From Nostoc sp. DedSLP01 (GTDB taxonomy: Bacteria; Cyanobacteriota; Cyanobacteriia; Cyanobacteriales; Nostocaceae), in assembly GCA_034530875.2 (NCBI GenBank), contig JAVRCJ020000010.1, positions 1 to 64,000 of the forward strand: DNA of 64,000 nt. Reading direction: 5' to 3'. Both the position numbers and the translations under genes were made by a program. Position 1 is the stretch's first letter. Each line of letters starts with the position of its first letter. Positions 39,478 to 48,423 of the stretch are shown here, in pieces. The notes under the pieces were generated by a model that worked only from the letters and a program-made list of their open reading frames with translations, was not told the DNA's origin and ran no database searches.

Positions 39478-40749
39478 TTAAATATTACACTTTACAAGTC
39501 TCGATGCGAGAGAAGAGAATAAACGAAAACGAACGAACGAACCAAAAAGGAAACGACGGCGACGACAACCAACGAACGCATTGAATTCCGAAGAACCGTA
39601 GGTGTCCCTAAACTTTTCCCAAGCTTCTTTGTCATATTTACCATCAAGTTTACCACCAACACTTAGGTAAATTTCCTTTTGAACGCTGAAGCCAAAACGC
39701 CCGTTGCTATATTTTACCCACAAGCGATCAATTGTGCGGAGGTCTTTGCAAGGAAAGTTCAAGAATTCTTTCTCTCTAATCCAATCATGTTCTTTACGAC
39801 CTACAGCTTGAAGCATCACTAAGTAAGTTTCATTATCAGCTTCTTTCCAATATCCTACTGCTAGGTAGTCTCGTAGTTTTCTGTAATCTACCCCTACTTC
39901 TGAACTCAAATCATCGGATATAGTTTGGTCAAGTAATAAATATAACCATCCTTGTATAGATTTTGGACGTTCATTTGCTTCTAACCTCATTCCCTCAATA
40001 ATTGCAAAATTTAATTGTTCGCTAATATTTGGATTGTGTTGCTTTGGTTCTATTAAATCAGCTTGATGATATTTGCGATCCCAGGAACTTGTAGGATATT
40101 CACCTGTAACTATATAGTAAAGTGTTGCCGCTAAACCGTAAATATCTACTGCTATATCTTTACTACCCATCATCTGCTCATAAGGAGCAAAGTTTTTATT
40201 ACCAAAACTTCTAGAAAAAGAAGTTGCTGGGGCAATATCTCCTGCTAAACCAAAGTCTATTAAAATTGGTAGGTTACCGCTTCGCAACATGATATTGCCG
40301 GGGTGAATATCACGATGCACTATTAAATTTTGATGCATCGCTGTTAGTGCATCTCCAATTTGGCAAATGTATTTTATAGCTTCTGCTTCTGGTAGTGGTG
40401 TTATTAATTCACCTTCAATTAAATCAATTAAATTTTTACCAGCAATAAATTCCATTACTAAGCATGGTGTATTGCTGTCGCCTTCTTCAAAATAATCAAT
40501 TACCCGCACAATGTTTGGGTGAGGTTCTTGGCAAAGTTGACCTAATAATTCAGCTTCTTGGATAAATTTCTCTACATAGCGGGGATATTGTTTATCTCTT
40601 TTGAGGCGCATATTAGGCGTTTTAATGACAACTGGTAGGTTAATTCGGCTGTGTATAGCTTTATAGGTAATGCCGAAAGCACCTTGTCCTAATTCGTCTT
40701 CAATGATGTATTTACCATTTTGTAGTTGATGACCTTTATTCCAGTACAT
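39478..40749 (-). CDS. Ser/Thr protein kinase with C-terminal GUN4-like domain
   Basis: LGQGAFGITY, HRDIHPGN, IDFG; LSSEVGVDYRKLRDYL..WKEADNET..FPCKDLRTIDRLWVKYSNGRFGFSVQKEI. Confidence 0.93.
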   Translation of the reverse strand: MYWNKGHQLQNGKYIIEDELGQGAFGITYKAIHSRINLPVVIKTPNMRLKRDKQYPRYVEKFIQEAELLGQLCQEPHPNIVRVIDYFEEGDSNTPCLVMEFIAGKNLIDLIEGELITPLPEAEAIKYICQIGDALTAMHQNLIVHRDIHPGNIMLRSGNLPILIDFGLAGDIAPATSFSRSFGNKNFAPYEQMMGSKDIAVDIYGLAATLYYIVTGEYPTSSWDRKYHQADLIEPKQHNPNISEQLNFAIIEGMRLEANERPKSIQGWLYLLLDQTISDDLSSEVGVDYRKLRDYLAVGYWKEADNETYLVMLQAVGRKEHDWIREKEFLNFPCKDLRTIDRLWVKYSNGRFGFSVQKEIYLSVGGKLDGKYDKEAWEKFRDTYGSSEFNAFVGCRRRRFLFGSFVRFRLFSSLASRLVKCNI

Positions 40750-40820
40750 ATTTTTATTAGTTAGAAGTTTTTTATCTCACGCAGAGGCGCAGAGGTGCAG
40801 GAAAAAGAGAGATATAGGAG

Positions 40821-41843
40821 TTAATTTGGTGGTTTTGTTGGGGGTAGTGTTGGTGTTAATTTTTCTGTGGGTGAAGGCGATGGTTTGATGAAGATTTCTC
40901 GAATATCTTGTTGGAAAATTCCTGTGAATATTGCTATGACTGCAAGAATTAAACCTATTATTGTAAGCCATAATTCGTAATTAATTCTTCTTGATTCTGG
41001 TTCATTTGTATTGATAACAAGTATCGATTTTAATCCGAGTGAATCTAGCCAAGCTTGAATCGATTGGGGGCGTTTTTTGGGGTCTAAATCCATTGCCCAA
41101 AGAATATTACGATTGATGTTATCGCTAATTTGAGGATTTAAGTCTTTTGGTTCTGGTAATGGAGTATGATTTTGCAGGCGTTCTTTGGCGCTGGTTGGTA
41201 CTTGTCCTGTCAATAAGTTGTAAAGTGTGGCTGCAAGTGAATAAACGTCGGTATATGCCCCTAGTTCAATTGTGTGTGAATATAGTTCAGGTGGCGTAAA
41301 ACCTGCTTCGGCTTCTGTTTCTAAGTTGCTGACACTCAGTTTTTTACTGTCGATTCCCCGTGCTAGCCCAAAGTCAATTAACACAGCTTCTTTTGAACCA
41401 GCCCTAATCATAATGTTGGCTGGCTTGACATCTCTATGCACCAGGTTATTTTGATGTACTACCGTTAACGCTTCGCCGATTTGTTGGATGTATTGCAGGG
41501 CGTCTGCTTCTGGCAAAATATTCTGTGGGCGATGGGCTAAATCGATTCCGGCGATGTACTCCATTGCTATGCACCACAAATCCTCCTCCTGAAACGGATC
41601 TTCTAAGAGGCGCACAATATGGGGATGTTTGCATTTAGCTAGTTTGAAGGCTTCTTGGACAAATCTTTCTTGCAACCTTTTGAAGTCTGCTTGGTTCAAT
41701 AATCGATCGTCCAGGGTTTTGACGACAATGCGATCGCCTTTTTCATCTTTGGCGAGATAAGTAATGCCAAAACGTCCCCGCCCTAATACACTTTCGAGGG
41801 TATATTTACCCCCTTGCAACTGCTTTGGAACTGCCCAAACCAT
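40821..41843 (-). CDS. Ser/Thr protein kinase with C-terminal TM segment
   Basis: LGRGRFGITY, HRDVKPAN, IDFG; LWLTIIGLILAVIAIFTGIF. Confidence 0.92.
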   Translation of the reverse strand: MVWAVPKQLQGGKYTLESVLGRGRFGITYLAKDEKGDRIVVKTLDDRLLNQADFKRLQERFVQEAFKLAKCKHPHIVRLLEDPFQEEDLWCIAMEYIAGIDLAHRPQNILPEADALQYIQQIGEALTVVHQNNLVHRDVKPANIMIRAGSKEAVLIDFGLARGIDSKKLSVSNLETEAEAGFTPPELYSHTIELGAYTDVYSLAATLYNLLTGQVPTSAKERLQNHTPLPEPKDLNPQISDNINRNILWAMDLDPKKRPQSIQAWLDSLGLKSILVINTNEPESRRINYELWLTIIGLILAVIAIFTGIFQQDIREIFIKPSPSPTEKLTPTLPPTKPPN

Positions 41844-41957
41844 CAGCTATGACTGTGAGACACTTGTGTTAATTTTGGCATATAGCAAGGGACTGGGGAC
41901 TGGGGATTGGGGACTAGGTAAAGTGACTAAAGCCTCTTTGACTCCTGAATTCTGAAT

Positions 41958-42359
41958 TTAGGGCAAAAACCGATCTAAAGCTGCTTTTAATTGTTCAATT
42001 TCAACTTCCATATTGCCTTCTTTTGCTGCTCTAGCAATACATTCAGTTAAATGTTCGTCTAAAACAATTCGCGCTACTCGATCTAATGCACCCCGTACTG
42101 CGGCAATTTGTAACAAAACATCAGGACAAGGGCTATTTTGTTGCACCATTGTTTTAATACCACGAATATGTCCTTCTATACGCGACAGTCGATTGACAAT
42201 TCGCCGTAATGACTCTTCGCTATGGACGTGAGGATGGGTTGACTCTCCATGCTCGTGAGTATGGTCTGGATGTTCGCCATCTGTATCGTGATTATGAGAG
42301 TGTTCTGCTTGCTGGGATTTTGGCAAGGATTCTTTAGTTAATCGATTCGATCCATTCAT
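41958..42359 (-). CDS. inrS: CsoR/RcnR family metal-sensing repressor (InrS-like)
   Basis: His-rich N-terminus, HPHVHS, NRLSRIEGH, PCPDVL, HLTEC. Confidence 0.85.
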   Translation of the reverse strand: MNGSNRLTKESLPKSQQAEHSHNHDTDGEHPDHTHEHGESTHPHVHSEESLRRIVNRLSRIEGHIRGIKTMVQQNSPCPDVLLQIAAVRGALDRVARIVLDEHLTECIARAAKEGNMEVEIEQLKAALDRFLP

Positions 42360-42414
42360 GGTTGATCAAAGGACTTGTAGTACTAAAATCCTAGCCTAGT
42401 AATTGACCGAAAAT

Positions 42415-42630
42415 TGGGGAGGTGGGGAGATGAGGGGATGGGGAGATACGGAGGTGGGGAGATGAGGGAGTATTTTAACTTGGTTAACGAGTCTTTCATA
42501 CTCGTGAATGAGCCTTTGAACTCCATTAATGAGTCTTTGATACTCGTGAATGAGTTTTTGAACTAAATGAACATAATTCTAAAACTCTTCCTCATCTCCC
42601 CATTCCCCCACCTCCCCACTCCCCAATCTC
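42415..42630. repeat. Composite repeat: G-rich arm / core with four 21-bp units / C-rich arm
   Basis: Core 42468-42587 matches 51118-51195. Confidence 0.85.
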
Positions 42631-43868
42631 TACTGACGATTGGCTCTTTCTTGAGGAATAATCTCTGTTATCACTCTATTGCCAGAATTACCGCCTTTGA
42701 CAACAATATTTTCTGTTTGCAAATTGCCAACGGCTGTTTCACCAGTAAAATTTAGGGGGGGATCTATTTGTCGATAATTTACATTGCCTTGAGCTTCAAC
42801 TAATTTATTGTCTAAATACCAAGTTAATTTATCAGATCTCAATGACTGGCTACGCTGACCAATGGCGTTGACGTTACCTGTTAAATAAACCGTTTTTTGC
42901 GGGATTTTCATTTCCCCTTGATTGGCTGTAACCGTAACTTTTTCTACGCGTTGGAACATGCGAGTGGGGGAGTTTGTGGTGACGGTTTCGGCGTTCATGT
43001 TCCAGGTCATAGAGTTACTAGCTATTTGCAATGGTGGGTCTAGTAAATCTAATTGGGCATTTTTTTGGACGATCGCTATTTTAGTCTTTAGGTTGACTTC
43101 GGCTGCATTACCCTTGCCACGATCGCTAATTTGATTATTTTTATAGCGGTCAATTTCAATGGGGCGATCGGCAATTAATCTTTCTTCTTTAATTTTCCAG
43201 TTCAACTGCTCGGTTCGCATTTGCAATTGGGGATCGACAGAATTTGCTATCACTCCCCCAGAAAACTGTATCTCCTGTTCGCGCGTTTTTACTCGTGCTT
43301 CTTGCGCCAGTGCTTGTAGTTTTTTATGAGTTCCGTTAATCTGGTTGCGGACAATCAATAAACCTTCTTGGGGACGCCATTCTAGTTCGTTACCCCGCAA
43401 AACAATTCCATTGGTCGGGTCTGTGGCAAATATTTTTCCCTTGAGAAATAGCTGTTTTCCATTTTGTTCGATGTCTGCAACATCTGCTTTGACTTGGTAA
43501 ACTACTTTGCCATCTTGGTATAGTTCCCCATAAGGATTTTCCGCCTGACCAATTTGTTTTTCTTTAGTATATTTTGCCCTTTTAGCTTGGACTTTCCAAA
43601 TCGGTCGTCCCACTTCATCTGCTTGTTCTAAAGTGACATCAAAGAATGTCAATTTACTATCTTGGGGAGATGAATCATCGTTATTTTGCTGAGAAGCTGT
43701 GGGAGATTTCCCCCCACAGCTAACTAATCCAATTATTAAAAAAAAGTTCAAAATTAAAATAAAGAAAGAGGAAAGTTGGAAAGTGGGTGACGAAGAAAAT
43801 TTACTTCCTCTGCTCCCTGCTCGCTGCCCTTCAACCTCTCTCACTTTATGATTAAACAGATACTTCAT
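42630..43868 (-). CDS. lptC: LPS export periplasmic protein LptC-like
   Basis: Lipobox-like LVSC, repeated beta-jellyroll segments; cyanobacterial NYN-lptC context. Confidence 0.75.
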   Translation of the reverse strand: MKYLFNHKVREVEGQRAGSRGSKFSSSPTFQLSSFFILILNFFLIIGLVSCGGKSPTASQQNNDDSSPQDSKLTFFDVTLEQADEVGRPIWKVQAKRAKYTKEKQIGQAENPYGELYQDGKVVYQVKADVADIEQNGKQLFLKGKIFATDPTNGIVLRGNELEWRPQEGLLIVRNQINGTHKKLQALAQEARVKTREQEIQFSGGVIANSVDPQLQMRTEQLNWKIKEERLIADRPIEIDRYKNNQISDRGKGNAAEVNLKTKIAIVQKNAQLDLLDPPLQIASNSMTWNMNAETVTTNSPTRMFQRVEKVTVTANQGEMKIPQKTVYLTGNVNAIGQRSQSLRSDKLTWYLDNKLVEAQGNVNYRQIDPPLNFTGETAVGNLQTENIVVKGGNSGNRVITEIIPQERANRQ

Positions 43869-44503
43869 TCTTGGATTTCCAGGTGTCCATCGCTAGTTCT
43901 TGGGTCTTCCAAAAATCCCATACTCGATAATGGTCGGTACGGATAACTTTGACGAGGGGTTTTTTGAATATCCTCTTTGATGGCTTCTAAATCAATGTAG
44001 CGATCGCTTACATTAATTAAGCTGTCACTAGTCATGGAACGCAAACTCACCACCTCTACCCTTACACCACGATAGCTCACGGAATTAACTGCATAAGCCA
44101 AATCGCCATCACCGCTAACTAAAACTGCGGTATCATAAGAATCAACTAACGCCATCATATCGACTGCTATTTCTACATCCAGGTTGGCTTTTTTAGAGCC
44201 ATCTGGCAGTTGTACCAAATCCTTAGCAATTACTCGATAGCCATTGCGACGCATCCACAGCAAAAATCCCTGTTGCTTCTCGTTTGTCCGGTCTACACCA
44301 GTGTAGAAAAAAGCTCGCAGTAAGCGAGAACCTCCGGTTAATCGACACAACAATTTCGTGTAATCGATTTCAATTCCTAATTGAAGGGCAGCGTAAAATA
44401 GGTTTGAACCATCTATAAATATGGCGACTCGACCCCGGTTTTCTAAAACCTGTTCTGGGGTAAATATCGAGTCATTTTCTAAATTATTCAACATTGTTGT
44501 CAT
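43865..44503 (-). CDS. NYN domain protein (LabA/DUF88 family)
   Basis: FIDGSN, KANLDVEIAVD, VSGDGD. Confidence 0.9.
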   Translation of the reverse strand: MTTMLNNLENDSIFTPEQVLENRGRVAIFIDGSNLFYAALQLGIEIDYTKLLCRLTGGSRLLRAFFYTGVDRTNEKQQGFLLWMRRNGYRVIAKDLVQLPDGSKKANLDVEIAVDMMALVDSYDTAVLVSGDGDLAYAVNSVSYRGVRVEVVSLRSMTSDSLINVSDRYIDLEAIKEDIQKTPRQSYPYRPLSSMGFLEDPRTSDGHLEIQE

Positions 44504-44658
44504 ACCTCAGTTTTATCCCTGTTATTTTTGATACAAATTAACCAGTTTTAGATTCTAGTCACAGCGGTTTATGATAATGTTCCGGGGCTAATTAGGTTAA
44601 GCCACGATAAATTTTTACCAGAGAAAAGAAATCGAACAAAATTAGAGTTTGATATGGA

Positions 44659-46263
44659 CTAATCGTTTTTTGGTGGTTCTATGCGCTTAAAAATTGGTTG
44701 GGGTGTACCCAACGGTTGTTTACTAGATAGTACTCCCCACGCTGCATGGGTAGCAAAAGGAGCATTAAGCGAACTTTGTATGCGATCGTTAAAATTTATT
44801 CCAAAACCCAACTGCCGATAAATCTCGCTACTGATGTTTGGAATAATTGGAGATAGCAGGTAAGCTGCTAGTCTAACCGATTCTAGAACTGCATACAGAA
44901 CTTCTTCGACTTCCTGCTGCTTTCCCTGTTTATATAACGACCAAGGAGCTTGTTCATCAATAAACTTATTTCCGGCTTGCACCAGTAAAAGGGCCGCTTC
45001 GCAGGCTTGATTGAAAGCTAGCTGTTCGTATGCTTGTTTTACCTGTTCCCCCAGACGTAAACCAATTGTTTTTAAAGGATTTTCCTCAGAGATTGTTTCG
45101 TTGCCGATCGCTGGTACATTATTCTGGGCGCAGTATTTCTTCACCATATTCAGGGTACGATTAAGCAAGTTACCTAAGTCATTTGCTAAATCTGCATTCA
45201 GAACATTAATGAACCTAATTTCATTAAAGTCGCCATCCTTGCCAAATTCGATTTCCTTAAGGAAGTAATAACGAACGGCATCGCTACCATAGCGTTGAAC
45301 GAGCTCTACAGGATCGAGTGTATTACCCAGGCTTTTGCCCATTTTTTGACCATCTTTAGTTAAAAAGCCATGTCCAAATAGCCGTTCTGGTAAGGGGAAA
45401 CCAGCTGATAAAAGCATTGCTGGCCAGTAAACTGCATGAAAGCGCAGAATATCTTTACCAATTAAATGCAAATTAATCGGCCACCACTTTTCTAAGGCAT
45501 TGGCTAAAGTTGGCTGTGCATCTGGTTCTAGTAATGCAGTTACATAACCGAGTAGTGCATCAAACCAAACATAAATGGTGTGCTTGGGATCGCTTGGTAT
45601 GGGAAAACCCCAATCTACATTGACTCGTGAAATCGAAAAGTCTTGCAAACCTTGATTGACAAAGCTTAGGACTTCGTTGCGCCGACTTTCTGGTTGAATA
45701 AAATCCGGTTTTAACTGATAAAATTCTGTCAGTTTATTTTGATATTTAGATAAACGAAAAAAATAGTTTTGTTCGTCTCGCCACTCTACTTCTTTATTAG
45801 TATGAATTGGGCAACGGTGTCCTTCTAAAAGCTCTCGTTCTTCTTTGAATTCTTCACAGGATACGCAGTACCATCCTTGTTGTTGCCCTTGATAGATATC
45901 GCCAGATTCCCATACTCGCTCAAAGAATTCTTTAACAATCGCTGCATGACGAGGTGCTGTAGTCCGACTAAAGCGATCGTATTGAATATCGAGCAATTTC
46001 CATAAACTCTCAAAGCTAGGCACAATTTCATCACAAAAATCTTGTGGAGCTTTGCCTAAACTTTCTGCCGATCGCTGAATTTTTTGCCCATGTTCATCTG
46101 TACCTGTAATTAGTAGTACCTCATGCCCCAAAAGCCTATGAAATCTGGCTACTACATCGGCTGCGATCGTTGTATAAGCACTGCCTATATGGGGGACATC
46201 GTTTACATAATATAAGGGTGTTGTCAGGGCGAATGTATGTTCTGTTTTATTCACTAGATTCAT
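44659..46263 (-). CDS. metG: Methionine--tRNA ligase
   Basis: PHIGSAY, GTDEHG, YVWFDAL, KMGKS. Confidence 0.97.
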   Translation of the reverse strand: MNLVNKTEHTFALTTPLYYVNDVPHIGSAYTTIAADVVARFHRLLGHEVLLITGTDEHGQKIQRSAESLGKAPQDFCDEIVPSFESLWKLLDIQYDRFSRTTAPRHAAIVKEFFERVWESGDIYQGQQQGWYCVSCEEFKEERELLEGHRCPIHTNKEVEWRDEQNYFFRLSKYQNKLTEFYQLKPDFIQPESRRNEVLSFVNQGLQDFSISRVNVDWGFPIPSDPKHTIYVWFDALLGYVTALLEPDAQPTLANALEKWWPINLHLIGKDILRFHAVYWPAMLLSAGFPLPERLFGHGFLTKDGQKMGKSLGNTLDPVELVQRYGSDAVRYYFLKEIEFGKDGDFNEIRFINVLNADLANDLGNLLNRTLNMVKKYCAQNNVPAIGNETISEENPLKTIGLRLGEQVKQAYEQLAFNQACEAALLLVQAGNKFIDEQAPWSLYKQGKQQEVEEVLYAVLESVRLAAYLLSPIIPNISSEIYRQLGFGINFNDRIQSSLNAPFATHAAWGVLSSKQPLGTPQPIFKRIEPPKND

Positions 46264-46641
46264 GCAAAATAAAATTAACTTATTAAAACGTTTTACATCT
46301 TAGTTTCGGAAAGAAAACCACGCAATTATATAACATTACTAGCATTTTTTCCAATAACACCTTAATATTAGCAAATTTATCCGGTCACCAATTGTTTTAT
46401 AATATGCATTAATTCAACTGCTTTTTGCTTAAAATACAGAAATTTACTATTAAAGAATTTTTCCGAATACTTTTTATTACATAATATTATTGTGTTTAGG
46501 AATACATAATACTCAGAGGAATCTATCTCTATTTCTAGATTTAGACATTTCTATCTTAAGACGGTCATGGTATTGGTAAAGAAATGTAAAACTTAAATTA
46601 AGAAAAACTGCCATATTTACCGAAATATATATTGATTAGGT

Positions 46642-47364
46642 ATGAGTCTAAATAGTCCGACTCTGATTTCTCAAGGTTTGTTAGCGGGGCTTTCAACACA
46701 AATGTTTCGCTACAATGAAGACCGCATTCCGCGAGATGCTAGCGTCTTGGTAGTCAGCAATCACCGCAGCTTTATGGATGCACCGATTTTAATGGCGGCG
46801 CTATCAAATCCAATTCGCTTTGCTTGCCATCACTACATGGGACAAGTGCCAATCCTGCGCGAGATTGTTACCGGACAATTGGGATGTTTTCCTTTGGAAG
46901 AACCCCAAAACCGCCAACAAAGCTTTTTTGTGCAATCGCAAACGCTATTGCAATCGCGGCAAATGGTAGGAGTCTTTCCCGAAGGAACAGAACCAATGAT
47001 AAAATTTACCGTGCCAAACACAGTAGGTGAATTTCAGCGGGGATTTGCTCATTTGGCATTGCGGGCTGATGTGCGGGATTTAGCAATTTTGCCAGTTGCG
47101 ATCGCTTCAATTGAAGAAGTCAATACTTCTGGTTTTCCCCTCAGATTATTGAGTTTATTCGACCCTTCAGAACCTTTATTTAGACAACCAGGTTGGCATC
47201 CTTTAGTAATTTATCGTCGGGTTGCCGTGTTAATTGGTCGTCCTTATTGGATTACGCCTCAACATCAAAAAAGATATCATGGCAAACAAGCCAGAACTGT
47301 TGTGGCTGAACTAACCGAATATTGCCATAACGAAATTAGCGACTTACTGGATCGAGGTTGCTAA
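46642..47364 (+). CDS. Lysophospholipid acyltransferase family protein
   Basis: NHRSFMD (HX4D) and FPEG motifs. Confidence 0.88.
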   Translation: MSLNSPTLISQGLLAGLSTQMFRYNEDRIPRDASVLVVSNHRSFMDAPILMAALSNPIRFACHHYMGQVPILREIVTGQLGCFPLEEPQNRQQSFFVQSQTLLQSRQMVGVFPEGTEPMIKFTVPNTVGEFQRGFAHLALRADVRDLAILPVAIASIEEVNTSGFPLRLLSLFDPSEPLFRQPGWHPLVIYRRVAVLIGRPYWITPQHQKRYHGKQARTVVAELTEYCHNEISDLLDRGC

Positions 47365-47530
47365 TACTATTTTGAGTCGCACCAAAGATACGCTGACAGC
47401 ACAACTGAATAATCGCCACGGGTTTGAGTTGCTTATTTTGAGGGAAATTTTTGCGTTTGGTCGCAAGCAGCAAACAATTAACAGCCCAAAAGTTTTATAC
47501 CATTAACTAGTGACCAATGACCGATGACCA

Positions 47531-48361
47531 ATGACTACTACAGAAGTTGAACTCAAGCCTTGTTTCCTGACACCGAAACGATTACAGCCAGAATATCCGC
47601 TATTTGTATATTTACCGGGGATGGATGGAACAGGTCAACTATTGCGATCGCAGACAGCCGGATTAGAAGTTGGCTTTGATGTCCGCTGTTTCGCAATCCC
47701 TCGCCAAGACCTTACCAGCTGGGATGTACTGACAAACAATGTATTAGACTTGATTCACGGCGAATTAGAAACAAGTTCCCACAGGAGACCAGTTTACTTA
47801 TGTGGCGAATCCTTTGGCGGTTGCTTGGCCATGAAAGTAGCGATCGAAGCACCGCATTTATTTAAACGCATTATTTTAATTAATCCAGCTTCAGCCTTTA
47901 AACTTCGCCCTTGGTTGAATTGGGCATCGCAAATTACTTACTTAGTCCCATCAGAACTATACGATATCGGTGCGCTAGGATTATTGCCGTTTTTAGCATC
48001 TTTGCCCCGGATTTCTCGCAGCGATCGCCACGAACTGTTAAGAACTATGCGTTCTGTACCATCAGAAACAGTTCTGTGGCGATTGTCTTTGCTGCGGGAA
48101 TTTGAGATTGATGAGAATAAATTAGCCCAGTTAAAGCAACCAGTTTTGTTAATTGCTGGTGGTAGCGATCGGCTTTTGCCTTCTGTGACTGAAGTCAAAC
48201 GGCTAGGGAATATCATACCAGATACTGAGATTGTGGTGCTGCCCGAATGCGGACACGCTTGCTTGCTAGAACAAAATATTAATCTCTATGAAATCCTTAA
48301 GGCTAACGATTTTCTCGAAAATCAAGTTGATATCGGTAAACACCAAGAAGTGAAAGGATAG
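47531..48361 (+). CDS. Alpha/beta hydrolase
   Basis: YLPGMDGTG, GESFGG, DRLLPS, GHACLLE. Confidence 0.88.
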   Translation: MTTTEVELKPCFLTPKRLQPEYPLFVYLPGMDGTGQLLRSQTAGLEVGFDVRCFAIPRQDLTSWDVLTNNVLDLIHGELETSSHRRPVYLCGESFGGCLAMKVAIEAPHLFKRIILINPASAFKLRPWLNWASQITYLVPSELYDIGALGLLPFLASLPRISRSDRHELLRTMRSVPSETVLWRLSLLREFEIDENKLAQLKQPVLLIAGGSDRLLPSVTEVKRLGNIIPDTEIVVLPECGHACLLEQNINLYEILKANDFLENQVDIGKHQEVKG

Positions 48362-48423
48362 GCTAAAGGGCGATCGCATCATCGTGCAAAACGCCCATCA
48401 GCCATTAAATGCAGATTAAGCCT

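Noticed and set aside
39478..39610. Complete classical DGR in this window
   Set aside because: No reverse transcriptase, accessory gene or second template-repeat copy found in the 64 kb; only the target-like tail is reported
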